Of a stretch of 64,000 bases of DNA, positions 51,316 to 61,078 are shown one piece after another. The stretch covers positions 14,093-78,092 of the forward strand of contig JBMOPW010000001.1 of assembly GCA_049322915.1 (NCBI GenBank), given 5' to 3'. The notes beneath the pieces were generated by a model. That model was given only the letters and a program-made list of their open reading frames with translations. It was not told the DNA's origin and ran no database searches. The first letter of the stretch is position 1, and the number at the start of each line of letters is the position of its first letter. The stretch is from Candidatus Zhuqueibacterota bacterium. Lineage in GTDB: Bacteria; Zhuqueibacterota; Zhuqueibacteria; Thermofontimicrobiales; Thermofontimicrobiaceae. The translations under genes were made by a program, and so were the position numbers.

Positions 51316-52035
51316 ATGTCACAGGGACGAAGAGAATTTTTAAAACGGATGGGAATTGGCAGCGGCGTGCTGCTGGCGAGCGGTAGTTTCGCAGAGGTGA
51401 TGGATTTGTCAGCGGCGCAGTCCGGCGATAGCCCGATTGGCGCGCATCAATTGCCGCCATTGCCCTATGCTTACAATGCTCTGGAACCGGTCATGGACGA
51501 GATGACCGTCACGCTTCATCACGACAAACATCACGCGGCGTACGTTGCCGGCTTGAATAAGGCGGAGATTGAAATGGCCGAAGCGCGCAAGGCTGGCAGT
51601 TATTCGCTGGTGAAGCACTGGGAGCGCGAACTGGCGTTCCACGGCTCCGGGCATATTTTGCATACCATCTTCTGGGAAAATCTCTCACCCACAGGCGGTG
51701 GTCTTCCCCAAGGCAAATTGGCCGAAGCCATTCAATCCGAGTTCGGCAGTTTCGATGTTTTCAAAGCTCAATTGATGGCGGCGACCAATGCTGTCGAAGG
51801 CAGCGGCTGGGGGATTTTGGCCTATTCGCTTCTGCTGAAAAAACTGGTCATTTTGCAATCCGAAAAGCATCAGAACCTCACGCAGTGGGGAGCTGTCCCG
51901 CTGCTGGTCATCGATGTCTGGGAGCATGCCTACTATTTGAAATACCAGAATCGACGGACCGAATTTGTTGAAAACATTTTCAAAATTATCAACTGGGAAA
52001 ATGTGGCGGAGAGATATTCGGGCGCAGTGCTATGA
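51316..52035 (+). CDS. Tat-exported Fe/Mn superoxide dismutase
   Basis: RREFLK signal; LPY..NALEP, HHDKHH, GSGW, DVWEHAYY. Confidence 0.93.
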   Translation: MSQGRREFLKRMGIGSGVLLASGSFAEVMDLSAAQSGDSPIGAHQLPPLPYAYNALEPVMDEMTVTLHHDKHHAAYVAGLNKAEIEMAEARKAGSYSLVKHWERELAFHGSGHILHTIFWENLSPTGGGLPQGKLAEAIQSEFGSFDVFKAQLMAATNAVEGSGWGILAYSLLLKKLVILQSEKHQNLTQWGAVPLLVIDVWEHAYYLKYQNRRTEFVENIFKIINWENVAERYSGAVL

Positions 52036-53102
52036 GCGCCAGCCTGACCTCGCGGGAGCGCTTTCAGCGAATGTTCGAGCATCGGGACGCGGATCGGGTG
52101 CCCATTATCGATGATCCCTGGAACGCCACCATCGAGCGCTGGCAAAACGAAGGAATGCCGGCGAACGCCCATTATGTGGAATTTTTCGGTCTCGATTACG
52201 TGGCTGATATATACGTGGACAATTCGCCGGGCTTCGAGAAAAAAGTCATCGAGGAGACCGGCGACTATGTCATCTACACGACTGAGTGGGGCGCCACGCT
52301 GAAAAATTGGAAGCATGCCGCATCAACGCCGGAGTTCATCGATTTCACGCTGAAAGACAGGGAGTCCTGGAGGAAATTCAGGGAGCGGATCCGACCTGAC
52401 GCTGATCGCGTCAACTGGGACTATCTTCGGAAGAATTACGCTGCCTGGAAAAAGCAGGGCTACTGGATTCAGACTTGTCTGTGGTTCGGATTTGACGTCA
52501 CCCATTCGTGGATTGTCGGCACAGAAAAGCTGCTCATGGCGTTGGTCGAGGATCCGCAGTGGTGCGTGGATATTTTTTCGCACACGCTGGAAACAAATCT
52601 CAGCCTCATGGACAGGGTCTGGGACGCCGGCTATCATTTCGATTCCGTCCGATGGCCGGATGATATGGGCTACAAGCACAACCAATTTTTCTCGATTGCA
52701 ATGTACAGAGAACTGCTCAAGCCGTTTCATCGTCGCGCCATCGAATGGGCGCATCGAAAAGGAGTCAAAGCGCATTTACATTCGTGCGGCGATGTCAATC
52801 CGTTCATCCCGGAATTCATCGAAATGGGCCTGGATGGGCTCAATCCGCTCGAAGTGAAAGCCGGTATGGATGCGGTTCATCTCAAAAAAACCTATGGACA
52901 ACAATTGCTGTTGCACGGCGGCATCAATGCCGTTCTGTGGGACGACCGGGAGGCGATTGAACAGGAAATCCTCGAGAAAGTCCCGCGGTTGAAGGAATCT
53001 GGGGGCTATATTTTTTCATCCGATCATTCGGTGCCATCCAGCGTGAGCCTCACGGATTTTCAATACATCGTTGATCTGGCCAAACGCGTCGGCGCTTATT
53101 AG
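52032..53102 (+). CDS. Uroporphyrinogen decarboxylase / MtaA-CmuA-superfamily protein
   Basis: DRVP, DDMG, LHSCG, GLNPLE, GGYIFSSDHS; substrate unknown. Confidence 0.8.
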   Translation: MSASLTSRERFQRMFEHRDADRVPIIDDPWNATIERWQNEGMPANAHYVEFFGLDYVADIYVDNSPGFEKKVIEETGDYVIYTTEWGATLKNWKHAASTPEFIDFTLKDRESWRKFRERIRPDADRVNWDYLRKNYAAWKKQGYWIQTCLWFGFDVTHSWIVGTEKLLMALVEDPQWCVDIFSHTLETNLSLMDRVWDAGYHFDSVRWPDDMGYKHNQFFSIAMYRELLKPFHRRAIEWAHRKGVKAHLHSCGDVNPFIPEFIEMGLDGLNPLEVKAGMDAVHLKKTYGQQLLLHGGINAVLWDDREAIEQEILEKVPRLKESGGYIFSSDHSVPSSVSLTDFQYIVDLAKRVGAY

Positions 53103-53506
53103 AAGCTGGATGGAAAATATTCTCGCCATCGCAGTCAGCGTTGAGATGAAATACCTCCCTTTATTCTAAACTGAAGTTTTGTAAATGACACGATTGGAAT
53201 ATCACATTACTGAATATCAATTTACAAATTTAACTATCGAATTGCCGGAACTGAGAGACTTTGTACTGCGTCGAGGGGCAACCTGTGGACGTCTGGGGGA
53301 GCAATTCTGAAAAGTATCCCGATTCATCGAGGTGGAATTTAAAAAAACAAGATGTTGGAAGCCGTTTCAACGGTTACCCAGGTTTAAGGCGTTGCTCCGT
53401 TCTGGCGTCGGGGGATTTTGATAAAAAAAGTTCATATTTATTAACGACTTTTTTGTTGCTAATAACAATAAAATTTGTATAATTGTAAAACTCATCGGAG
53501 CGATAA

Positions 53507-53713
53507 ATGAAGAGAAATGTTGGCGGTGCAGACAAGACAGTTCGTATCCTGATTGGGGTCGTCATCCTTGGTTTGGGCCTGGCTTCGAAGTGCTGGTTGG
53601 GGTTGATTGGGTTGGTACCATTGCTGACCGGGCTGACAGGACGATGCCTTTTGTACTATCCCCTGGGTGTTTCGACATGCACGTCCGAACGAAGAAAAAA
53701 AGACGTGGAATGA
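53507..53713 (+). CDS. DUF2892 (YgaP-like) small membrane protein, second copy
   Basis: NVGGADKTVR..CLLYYPLGVSTC. Confidence 0.88.
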   Translation: MKRNVGGADKTVRILIGVVILGLGLASKCWLGLIGLVPLLTGLTGRCLLYYPLGVSTCTSERRKKDVE

Positions 53714-53725
53714 GGTGTTAGGTCA

Positions 53726-54283
53726 ATGAGTCTGTTAGAGTTACTCAATCAAAGAAAAGCCTCCCGCGCTATCTCGTCGAGGTCAATCGATGCAGGAATG
53801 ATCGAAACACTGATGCAGGCGGCTCAACTCTCTGCGTCGTGTTTCAATAATCAATCCTGGCGATTTTTGGTTTTAACGGAAGAGGCCGCCCTGGAAAAAG
53901 GAAGAAAGGCCATCTCCGCCGGCAATAGCTGGGCAAATACTGCTCCGTTGCTGTTCATCGGGTTTTCCAGGTCGGATCTGGATTGCCAGTTGAAGGACGG
54001 ACGGCAATACTACCTGTTTGATCTCGGTATGGCGGTGCAACTCATTTTGCTGCAAGCCACGGAATTAAATCTGGTGGCGCGTCCCTTTGTCGGTTTCTCT
54101 CCGTCGGTGATTCGGGATGAATTCAATCTGGGAGATGACTTCGAAATATATGTGATGATCGCTGTGGGGTTTGAGGGCGATATCGATGCTCTCGATGAAC
54201 GGTTGCAGGCCATGTCCCGTGGGCCGCGGACGAGAAATCCTCTGTCGAAAAATTTCTTCCTGAATGAAATCGAAATGCAATGA
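53726..54283 (+). CDS. Nitroreductase-family flavoprotein
   Basis: RKASR, SASCFNNQSWRF, FDLGMA. Confidence 0.9.
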   Translation: MSLLELLNQRKASRAISSRSIDAGMIETLMQAAQLSASCFNNQSWRFLVLTEEAALEKGRKAISAGNSWANTAPLLFIGFSRSDLDCQLKDGRQYYLFDLGMAVQLILLQATELNLVARPFVGFSPSVIRDEFNLGDDFEIYVMIAVGFEGDIDALDERLQAMSRGPRTRNPLSKNFFLNEIEMQ

Positions 54284-54490
54284 CCGGGTGAATTCTCAAA
54301 CAGTGAACGTCCCGATTCATCGGGAGAAGATTTCTGAAGGGACCGGGCGCTTGAAAAGTTCTAAATAAATAAATAGAAACATCGGGATTTACATTGGAGA
54401 CTGGTGTCGACCTTTAATAACACTGCCGGTATGAATTCCTGAAAACGTAATCCATAACCATGCTGAAATCTGTAACCTGGAGAGGACACG

Positions 54491-55054
54491 ATGAAAGATT
54501 TGAAAGGATCAAAGACAGAACAGAATTTGAAAGAGGCATTTTCTGGCGAATCACAGGCGAGGAACAAATATACCTATTTTGCCAAAGTTGCGCGCAAAGA
54601 GGGTTATCACTACATTGCCAAAATATTCGAGGAGACGGCCGAGAACGAGCGCCAGCACGCCAAGAGCGAATTCAAGCTGCTCAATGGCATTGGCGACACG
54701 CGCGCCAATTTGCAGGCAGCCATCGATGGCGAGCATTACGAGACCACAACAATGTACCCTGATTTTGCTGCCGAAGCTGAGAAAGAGGGCTTCCCTGAAG
54801 CGGCCATGTTATTTCGTCAGATTGCCCGGGTTGAGATGGAACACGAACGGCGCTATCAAAAATTGCTGGAGCTGGTGGAGCAAGGTAAGGTCTTCAAACG
54901 CGAAAATCCGGTGCGCTGGAAATGCTCCAAATGCGGCTATATTCTCGAAGCCAAAGAACCGCCGGCCAAATGCCCGGCCTGCGATCATCCTCGCGAATAT
55001 TTCGAGCCGGAATGCATGTGCTTTGATGAAGGCTGTGATTGCTGCTGTTCGTAA
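54491..55054 (+). CDS. rbr: Rubrerythrin with Cys-rich C-terminal tail
   Basis: [35 protein letters not shown], tail [13 protein letters not shown]. Confidence 0.93.
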   Translation: MKDLKGSKTEQNLKEAFSGESQARNKYTYFAKVARKEGYHYIAKIFEETAENERQHAKSEFKLLNGIGDTRANLQAAIDGEHYETTTMYPDFAAEAEKEGFPEAAMLFRQIARVEMEHERRYQKLLELVEQGKVFKRENPVRWKCSKCGYILEAKEPPAKCPACDHPREYFEPECMCFDEGCDCCCS

Positions 55055-55152
55055 CGAAGATGGCAGCGTCTGTAAGTTCAGAGAGAGAAGCATGATAGCG
55101 TTGTGACAGAGTTCGGTTGGAACAGTACTCATGTAAATTGAAGAGGCCGTTT

Positions 55153-55629
55153 ATGAGAAAATTACTATCCGTCGCTGTGATGGCGATGTTCATGGCTGGC
55201 GTGGTTTTCAGTCAGCCGAATAGTGGACAACAAGCGAAGAAGAACCCAACGCAGAGACCGGAGGCGACTCAGAAAGTGTCAGCGTTGTTTAAACAGCACT
55301 GCAGTGTGGCGGGTTGCCATCGCGGCGCTTTTGCGAAGAAAAAGCTGAATCTTGAAGATGGCAAATTTGAGGCCGCGCTCATTGATAAACCCAGCTTGCA
55401 GGTCGATTCGCTGAAGCTGGTCGATTCTCTCCGCCCGGGAAAAAGCTATCTCCTTGTGAAAGTGAAGGGCGGAAAAGACATGGTCGGCGATTTGATGCCG
55501 GAAGAAGCTCCGCCATTGAAGCCGGCGGAAATCGAAGTCATCGAAAAATGGATCGCTCATGTGAAAGAATCGAAAGCCTCAGCAAAGGCGGCGCCCGGGG
55601 CCGAGGTTAAAACAGAATCCAAAAATTGA
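55153..55629 (+). CDS. Exported c-type cytochrome with atypical CX4CH motif
   Basis: Signal peptide; CSVAGCH; PGKSYL; LMP (distal Met); IEKWI. Confidence 0.7.
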   Translation: MRKLLSVAVMAMFMAGVVFSQPNSGQQAKKNPTQRPEATQKVSALFKQHCSVAGCHRGAFAKKKLNLEDGKFEAALIDKPSLQVDSLKLVDSLRPGKSYLLVKVKGGKDMVGDLMPEEAPPLKPAEIEVIEKWIAHVKESKASAKAAPGAEVKTESKN

Positions 55630-55793
55630 GAAGAACGCCCGGCCAGGGTTGCATCGTTTGATTCATTCCAGGCTCCGATCTGGAAAAGGAGTCGTTGACG
55701 CTGCCGGCGAAAAGGCATGGCCTGATGCGGTCAGGACGAATGGCGCACCGGGCTCCCTCTTGTAAATCGTGAACCATTGAAAGGAATTCGGCG

Positions 55794-56261
55794 GTGAAGT
55801 CAAACAGACAGGTGTTGAATCTGATCGTCGCTCTCTTTTTCATCTCATTGGGCGGTTGGTTGCTGCATCTGCGGGTCCATCCGATCGCAGATAATCCGGC
55901 CCATTACATCCCCTTTGTGTTTGGGCTGCTCAATGTGTTTGTCGCGCCGTTTTTATTTTACTTCAAACCGACAGCGCTGTTGGCCTATCTCATCAATGGA
56001 TTTGGCGTCATTCTGGGCGCGATCACGATGGCGGCATTCAGCCTGTCGGCGTTGTCCCAGCCGGTCACTGCGAGCGAACTCATCCTGAAAACGACCCTGG
56101 CTGACATTTTCATCCTTTTCCCGAAACTGATGCTGGGCCAGATGATTTTGAAACAATTTTACCCCGCCGGAATGGGACGGCTGTTCACTCCGCTCTGGTG
56201 GATCAAGCATTTCGGCTACGTATCGATTGTCTATGCTCTGGGCGTTTACCTGGGGAGATAA
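55794..56261 (+). CDS. Multi-pass membrane protein with intramembrane His residues
   Basis: Several hydrophobic segments; WLLHLRVH, WWIKH. Confidence 0.75.
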   Translation: MKSNRQVLNLIVALFFISLGGWLLHLRVHPIADNPAHYIPFVFGLLNVFVAPFLFYFKPTALLAYLINGFGVILGAITMAAFSLSALSQPVTASELILKTTLADIFILFPKLMLGQMILKQFYPAGMGRLFTPLWWIKHFGYVSIVYALGVYLGR

Positions 56262-56265
56262 CATC

Positions 56266-56364
56266 ATGGTGAAACATTTTATCCGCGGTCGCTTGGGCTG
56301 GTGGATTCTGCATCTCCTGGCGATCGCCCTGTTTTTATGGCTGGGATATTTCATTAAATTCTGA
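56266..56364 (+). CDS. 32-aa single-TM peptide (not in ORF track)
   Basis: GGGGAG RBS; MVKHFIRGRLGWWILHLLAIALFLWLGYFIKF*. Confidence 0.6.
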   Translation: MVKHFIRGRLGWWILHLLAIALFLWLGYFIKF

Positions 56365-56682
56365 TCCGGCAGACATTCGCCGGATTCAGTCAGACGAACC
56401 GGCGCAGAGATACAAACGGTCGTTTGGGCTTGTTTGTGTTGAATGCGAAAGCGGCCAATGCGGGCCGACGGCGTACATTTTTGAATAGCACTCCGATTCA
56501 TTCCGGATCGGGCGCCAGGTCAAAGCGCGCCTTTTCGCAACCGAAGGGACAATGAAAATTCACCGGCTGGAATTGTCCCAGGAAGACGCCTGGACGGGTC
56601 GGATAACTGTTGGTGAAGCTGGCAGAACAGAACGTGTTTAATTCACATCATAACCATAGACCTATTTATAAGGAGCTACAGT

Positions 56683-57123
56683 ATGAAGGTGAGAGATATT
56701 TTGGAAAAGAAGGGCAGGCTCGTTGTTACCATACCTCAAACGTGCACCGTTTTCGAGGCGATCTCCACGTTCGCGGCGCATCGGGTTGGTTCTTTGCTGG
56801 TCTTGGATGAAAATGAAATCATCGTAGGAATCATCGGCGCCCGCGACGTGCTGATGGCTGTTAACCGCTCGTACGGGAATGTGAAAACGCTGCCGGTCAA
56901 AGACATCATGACCCGGGACGTCATCATTGGCAACTCCGAGGATGATCTGGAAAAAGTACGGGCGCTGATGACGGAAAACAGAATCCGGCATTTGCCCATC
57001 ATCGATGAGGAGACATTGTCCGGCATCATTTCCATCGGCGATGTGGTGAAGGCCGAACTGACCGAAATTCATGTGGAGAACAGGTATTTGAGAGATTTCA
57101 TCGAAGGCAAATATCCGGCTTAA
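56683..57123 (+). CDS. CBS-domain protein
   Basis: VGSLLV, VKDIMT, RIRHLPI, GIISIGDVVK. Confidence 0.93.
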   Translation: MKVRDILEKKGRLVVTIPQTCTVFEAISTFAAHRVGSLLVLDENEIIVGIIGARDVLMAVNRSYGNVKTLPVKDIMTRDVIIGNSEDDLEKVRALMTENRIRHLPIIDEETLSGIISIGDVVKAELTEIHVENRYLRDFIEGKYPA

Positions 57124-57200
57124 TTGACACTGTCAAGTCATTCGTAATCAAATAGAATCAGAGTGGCTTCAAACCAATAATTAACAGAGGAGATGACACA

Positions 57201-57362
57201 ATGAAAAAGTATGTGTGCGTGATCTGCGGTTATATTTATGATCCTAAAAAAGGCGATCCGGATTCAGATATCGAACCGGGAACCGGTTTTGATGATCTGC
57301 CCGATGACTGGGTGTGCCCGGTGTGCGGCGCAGACAAGAGCCAGTTCGAAGAGACCGAGTAA
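57201..57362 (+). CDS. Rubredoxin (not in ORF track)
   Basis: [62 protein letters not shown]. Confidence 0.97.
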   Translation: MKKYVCVICGYIYDPKKGDPDSDIEPGTGFDDLPDDWVCPVCGADKSQFEETE

Positions 57363-57467
57363 TCCGGAACGCGGTATTTCATGGCGATTTGAGTTTAGCG
57401 GTGGTCGGTGAGTGTTGCAAACACTCATCGATCGCACTTATTGTTGCAACCTAATCCGGAGTCATTC

Positions 57468-57929
57468 ATGTTAAAACAAGGAAATAAAGCGCCCGATTTT
57501 ACCCTGCTTTCTCACGATGGCAGGAAAGTGAGTCTATCTGATTTTGCGGGAAAATCGGATGTCATTTTGTACTTTTATCCCAAAGACAACACCAGCGGCT
57601 GCACAAAAGAGGCGTGTTCCTTTCGGGATAACCTCGAGACCATCGACGCAAAAGGCGCTGCGGTGCTGGGCGTGAGCCCGGACAGCGTGAAATCTCACCA
57701 GAATTTCATTCAGAAGCAAAGTCTGAATTTCACCCTGCTGAGCGATCCGGACCACCAGGTGGCGGAAGCCTATGGCGCCTGGGGTGAAAAATCCATGTAC
57801 GGCAAAAAATATATGGGCATCATCCGGTCGACGTTCATCATCGGAAAAGATGGCGTCATCAAATATGTTTTCGAGAAGGTGAAGGTGGAAAGTCACGCGA
57901 CTTACGTGATCACCGCGTTAAAGGATTGA
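57468..57929 (+). CDS. bcp: Peroxiredoxin Q / Bcp
   Basis: YFYPKDNTSGCTKEACSFRD, IRSTF. Confidence 0.95.
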   Translation: MLKQGNKAPDFTLLSHDGRKVSLSDFAGKSDVILYFYPKDNTSGCTKEACSFRDNLETIDAKGAAVLGVSPDSVKSHQNFIQKQSLNFTLLSDPDHQVAEAYGAWGEKSMYGKKYMGIIRSTFIIGKDGVIKYVFEKVKVESHATYVITALKD

Positions 57930-57978
57930 AATCGAATTGTATTTTGCACATAGACTTGTCAGGAAGTGGAGTGATAGT

Positions 57979-58248
57979 ATGTACGAACAAGAAGTGATGA
58001 ATCGGATCCCGATTTTGCTGGCAATCAGCACATGTCCCCGATGCGAACGCGTGAAGAAGTTTTTGAAATTGCACCAGATCACGGCCAAAATCATCGACGT
58101 GGATTTGCTGCCCATCGAGGAAAAAAGGACGCACATGCGATTCCTGCAGCCGTTCAATCCGCGATTGTCGTTTCCCACACTCATCATTGGCGATTTCGCC
58201 GTGGTGGGCGAGGACTACGACGGCATCAAGGAGGTGTTGGGATTATGA
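57979..58248 (+). CDS. Glutaredoxin/NrdH-like redoxin
   Basis: STCPRC, NPRLSFPT. Confidence 0.85.
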   Translation: MYEQEVMNRIPILLAISTCPRCERVKKFLKLHQITAKIIDVDLLPIEEKRTHMRFLQPFNPRLSFPTLIIGDFAVVGEDYDGIKEVLGL

Positions 58249-58583
58249 TTACCGTAGAAAAATATTTTGAGACGCTGAAACAATACGCGCCCAAACAGGG
58301 ACTGATTTTGAACGAAGACTGGGACATTGTGAAGCCGCTGCTTGTGGGACTGCTCCAGAATGGCGAGCGCTACAAAGCGCGAACCTGTCCGTGCCGCACT
58401 GCAACCGGCGACCTGGAAAAAGATCGCGATATCGTGTGCCCGTGCGTTTATGCAAAGCAGGATATCGAGGAATTCGGCGCCTGCTACTGCTGGCTTTATG
58501 TGTCAGACGATTGGAACGCCGGGCGAATTCCGCACGTGCAGGTGCCGGAGCGTCGACCCATTGAAAAAATATTGGATTTTTAG
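58245..58583 (+). CDS. Ferredoxin:thioredoxin reductase catalytic-subunit-like protein
   Basis: CPCR, CPC, CYC motifs; ATGA overlap with the redoxin; true start 58245. Confidence 0.9.
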   Translation: MITVEKYFETLKQYAPKQGLILNEDWDIVKPLLVGLLQNGERYKARTCPCRTATGDLEKDRDIVCPCVYAKQDIEEFGACYCWLYVSDDWNAGRIPHVQVPERRPIEKILDF

Positions 58584-58685
58584 ACGAGTCCGGATGCGTG
58601 TGTGTCAGCAAAAGAGAGAGTCCGCACCGGGGCAGGGAAGCATTATTCCCTCCGGTACCATGACCGCCTGCGATACGTTATTATT

Positions 58686-60197
58686 ATGATGAATACAATC
58701 GACCTGAAAATAGCCGGAGATATTTACACAGATCCGCACACCCTGGAGCGGTTCAGCAAAGATGCGAGCTCCTATAAAATCGTGCCGGCCATTGTCGTTG
58801 CTCCGAAGACCGAGAACGACATCGTCGCGGCGGTGAATTACGCGCGCGCGCAGGGCTTGGCTGTGACATGCCGCGCCGGCGGCAGCGGACTCAGCGGCGC
58901 CGGGGTGGGCAGCGGCCTGATTTTGAATTTGAAAAAATACATGAACGAGGTCGTCTCGGTTGGCGAAGAAACCGTGGTTCAACCGGGCACTATCCTCGAT
59001 GATTTCCTGCGCCGGATGTCCGAACAAAATTTAATGCTGCCGGCCGTCCCTTCCAGCAGTGCGCTCTGCGCTCTGGGCGGCAATGTGGCGACGCGCTCCA
59101 CCGGGCCGCGAACCGCGCGTTACGGCACCATTGATTCGTTCCTTTCATCGCTGAAATTTGTCACGGCGCGCGGAGAAATCGTTGACACCAGCGACGGAGT
59201 GCCGACGTACCTGGCCGATGGACTGCGCCGCATCGTGCGGCAATACGCTGCTGATGAAACGAGCCAGCGCATTGTCCGCAACCGGCCGTTCATTGCCGGC
59301 GGGTACAATCTCGCGACGCTGTTGAAATACTCTGATGTGCGCGAACTGGCCGCTCATTTGATGGTCGGGAGCGTGGGCACGCTGGGGATCGTCACGGAGT
59401 TGCGGCTGCGGCTGATCCCGCGCCGGTCGTCGCAGGGCGCATTTGTCGCCCAGTTCAGAAATTTCGATGAATTCGCCGATGCTGCCAACCGGCTCAAGGA
59501 GCTTCAACCGTCAGCGCTGGAATTTTCGGACGCGTCGTGCTCGCGCCATGTGAATGGCAAAATTCTGAACTATTCGGACCCTACCATTGTCGGCGCGCTC
59601 ATCGCTGAATTCGATGAATCCCGGGAACAGGCGCAGGAAGGCCGCGCCATTCTGGAAAAATACGACATCACCCGAATTTGGGAAATCCGCTCGACCAGCG
59701 ATGAGGAAGTGACCCTGTGGGAGGAGCGGAAGCGCATTCTGCCGTCGCTCTGGAAATATGCGCGCGAGCAAAAGTGGATTCTCCCCTCCATCATCGATGA
59801 CATCGCCATTCATGTGAAGGATTTCGGCCCGGTCCGCCGGGACATCGAAATCCTCATGCGCGAACTGGGACATGAGATTTCGTTCTTCGGCCACCTCGGT
59901 TTCGGCAGCATTCATGCGCGACCCTATTTCGATCCGAACCACAAAAATCTGGTCGAACAAATTTTGGAGGTATCCCGAAAGACGTTCGATGTCCTCCGAA
60001 AGTACAACGGCACGTTGGTCGGGGAGCATAATGCCGGCCGTTCGCGCTCGGTTTACCTGGAGCAGGAATTGGGGCCGGCCTTCCGCTACATGAAAGCGAT
60101 CAAAGACCTGTTCGATCCGGAAGACGTGCTCAACCCGGGCACGGTCTTCAACACAGCGCCGATTTACGAGAAAATGGAGCTGGGGGTGACTTCGTGA
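58686..60197 (+). CDS. FAD-linked oxidoreductase (GlcD / D-lactate dehydrogenase family)
   Basis: RAGGSGLSG, LGGNVAT, GSVGTLGIVT, GEH, FDPEDVLNPG. Confidence 0.88.
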   Translation: MMNTIDLKIAGDIYTDPHTLERFSKDASSYKIVPAIVVAPKTENDIVAAVNYARAQGLAVTCRAGGSGLSGAGVGSGLILNLKKYMNEVVSVGEETVVQPGTILDDFLRRMSEQNLMLPAVPSSSALCALGGNVATRSTGPRTARYGTIDSFLSSLKFVTARGEIVDTSDGVPTYLADGLRRIVRQYAADETSQRIVRNRPFIAGGYNLATLLKYSDVRELAAHLMVGSVGTLGIVTELRLRLIPRRSSQGAFVAQFRNFDEFADAANRLKELQPSALEFSDASCSRHVNGKILNYSDPTIVGALIAEFDESREQAQEGRAILEKYDITRIWEIRSTSDEEVTLWEERKRILPSLWKYAREQKWILPSIIDDIAIHVKDFGPVRRDIEILMRELGHEISFFGHLGFGSIHARPYFDPNHKNLVEQILEVSRKTFDVLRKYNGTLVGEHNAGRSRSVYLEQELGPAFRYMKAIKDLFDPEDVLNPGTVFNTAPIYEKMELGVTS

Positions 60198-60368
60198 GTT
60201 TCATTTTCGAATCTTTCTCTTTTCAATTTTCAATAAGCGAATAAGGTTAAGGTATGTGAGGACTCTTTTCCCACTAAGGTTTTGCCTGAAAAAATAGAAT
60301 AAAATTTCGAAGTTTTTCTTTGAGTCTTCACGTCTTCGAGGCAAACAACAAAAAAAATGGGTGCAAAA

Positions 60369-60848
60369 ATGAATTTCAAACGACTCGATCATATTGCATT
60401 CCGCGTGGCGGAGTTGGAACCGGTGGTGGAGTTTTATACAAAGACGCTCGGCTTCCAGATTGTTCAAAAAATGGAAATGGATTTTCGGGGCACGAAAGCC
60501 ATCTCCAATGTGCTGAATCTGCCGGGCGCGCCGTTTTTCATCTTTGTCGACCAGGGTCTGGATTGGGACAATATCATCACCAAATGGGTGAAGACCTACG
60601 GCAGCGGTCTCCATCACATGGCCTATCTGGTCGATGATATCGAGACGACGTGGCAGGATCTGAAAATGCAGGGCATGAAATTCACCACCGACAACATAAT
60701 CGATACCGGCGGTGGGCTGAAGCAACTCTTTTCCGAGCCCAATCCGGTGACCGGCATTTTGACTGAAATCATTCAGCGGGAAAAAGAAGATGTGTTCTTT
60801 GTTCAGGAGAACGTCGTGAAACTCATCGAGTCGACTGAAGGGCTTTGA
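60369..60848 (+). CDS. VOC/glyoxalase-superfamily metalloprotein (HPPD C-domain-like)
   Basis: LDHIA, GLHHMA, LKQLF, EIIQR. Confidence 0.8.
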   Translation: MNFKRLDHIAFRVAELEPVVEFYTKTLGFQIVQKMEMDFRGTKAISNVLNLPGAPFFIFVDQGLDWDNIITKWVKTYGSGLHHMAYLVDDIETTWQDLKMQGMKFTTDNIIDTGGGLKQLFSEPNPVTGILTEIIQREKEDVFFVQENVVKLIESTEGL

Positions 60849-61078
60849 TTGCACGTCCCGGCAATGGGGAATTCGAACAGGCGGCAGCGATTTGGGCGCA
60901 CGCCATGATTGCCCGGTAGAAAAAATCAGCGCTTGCACAGGCTGACGTCGGATTCTTTGTGATGTGTCAGTGTTACGCCGTCGATGGAGTCGACCGCAAG
61001 GCATGGTTCGTTCTCCGGCAACAGGCAGAGATGTTTTGCAGCCGGTCGCGAACTTTGTATTTTCAAACGAGGCAGGAG

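Noticed and set aside
53452..53490. Possible Per box upstream of the second DUF2892 gene
   Set aside because: Too many mismatches in AT-rich DNA to support.
58032..58244. N-terminal extension of the FTR ORF given in the track
   Set aside because: It overlaps the redoxin gene; the real start is ATG 58245 with a GGAGG RBS.
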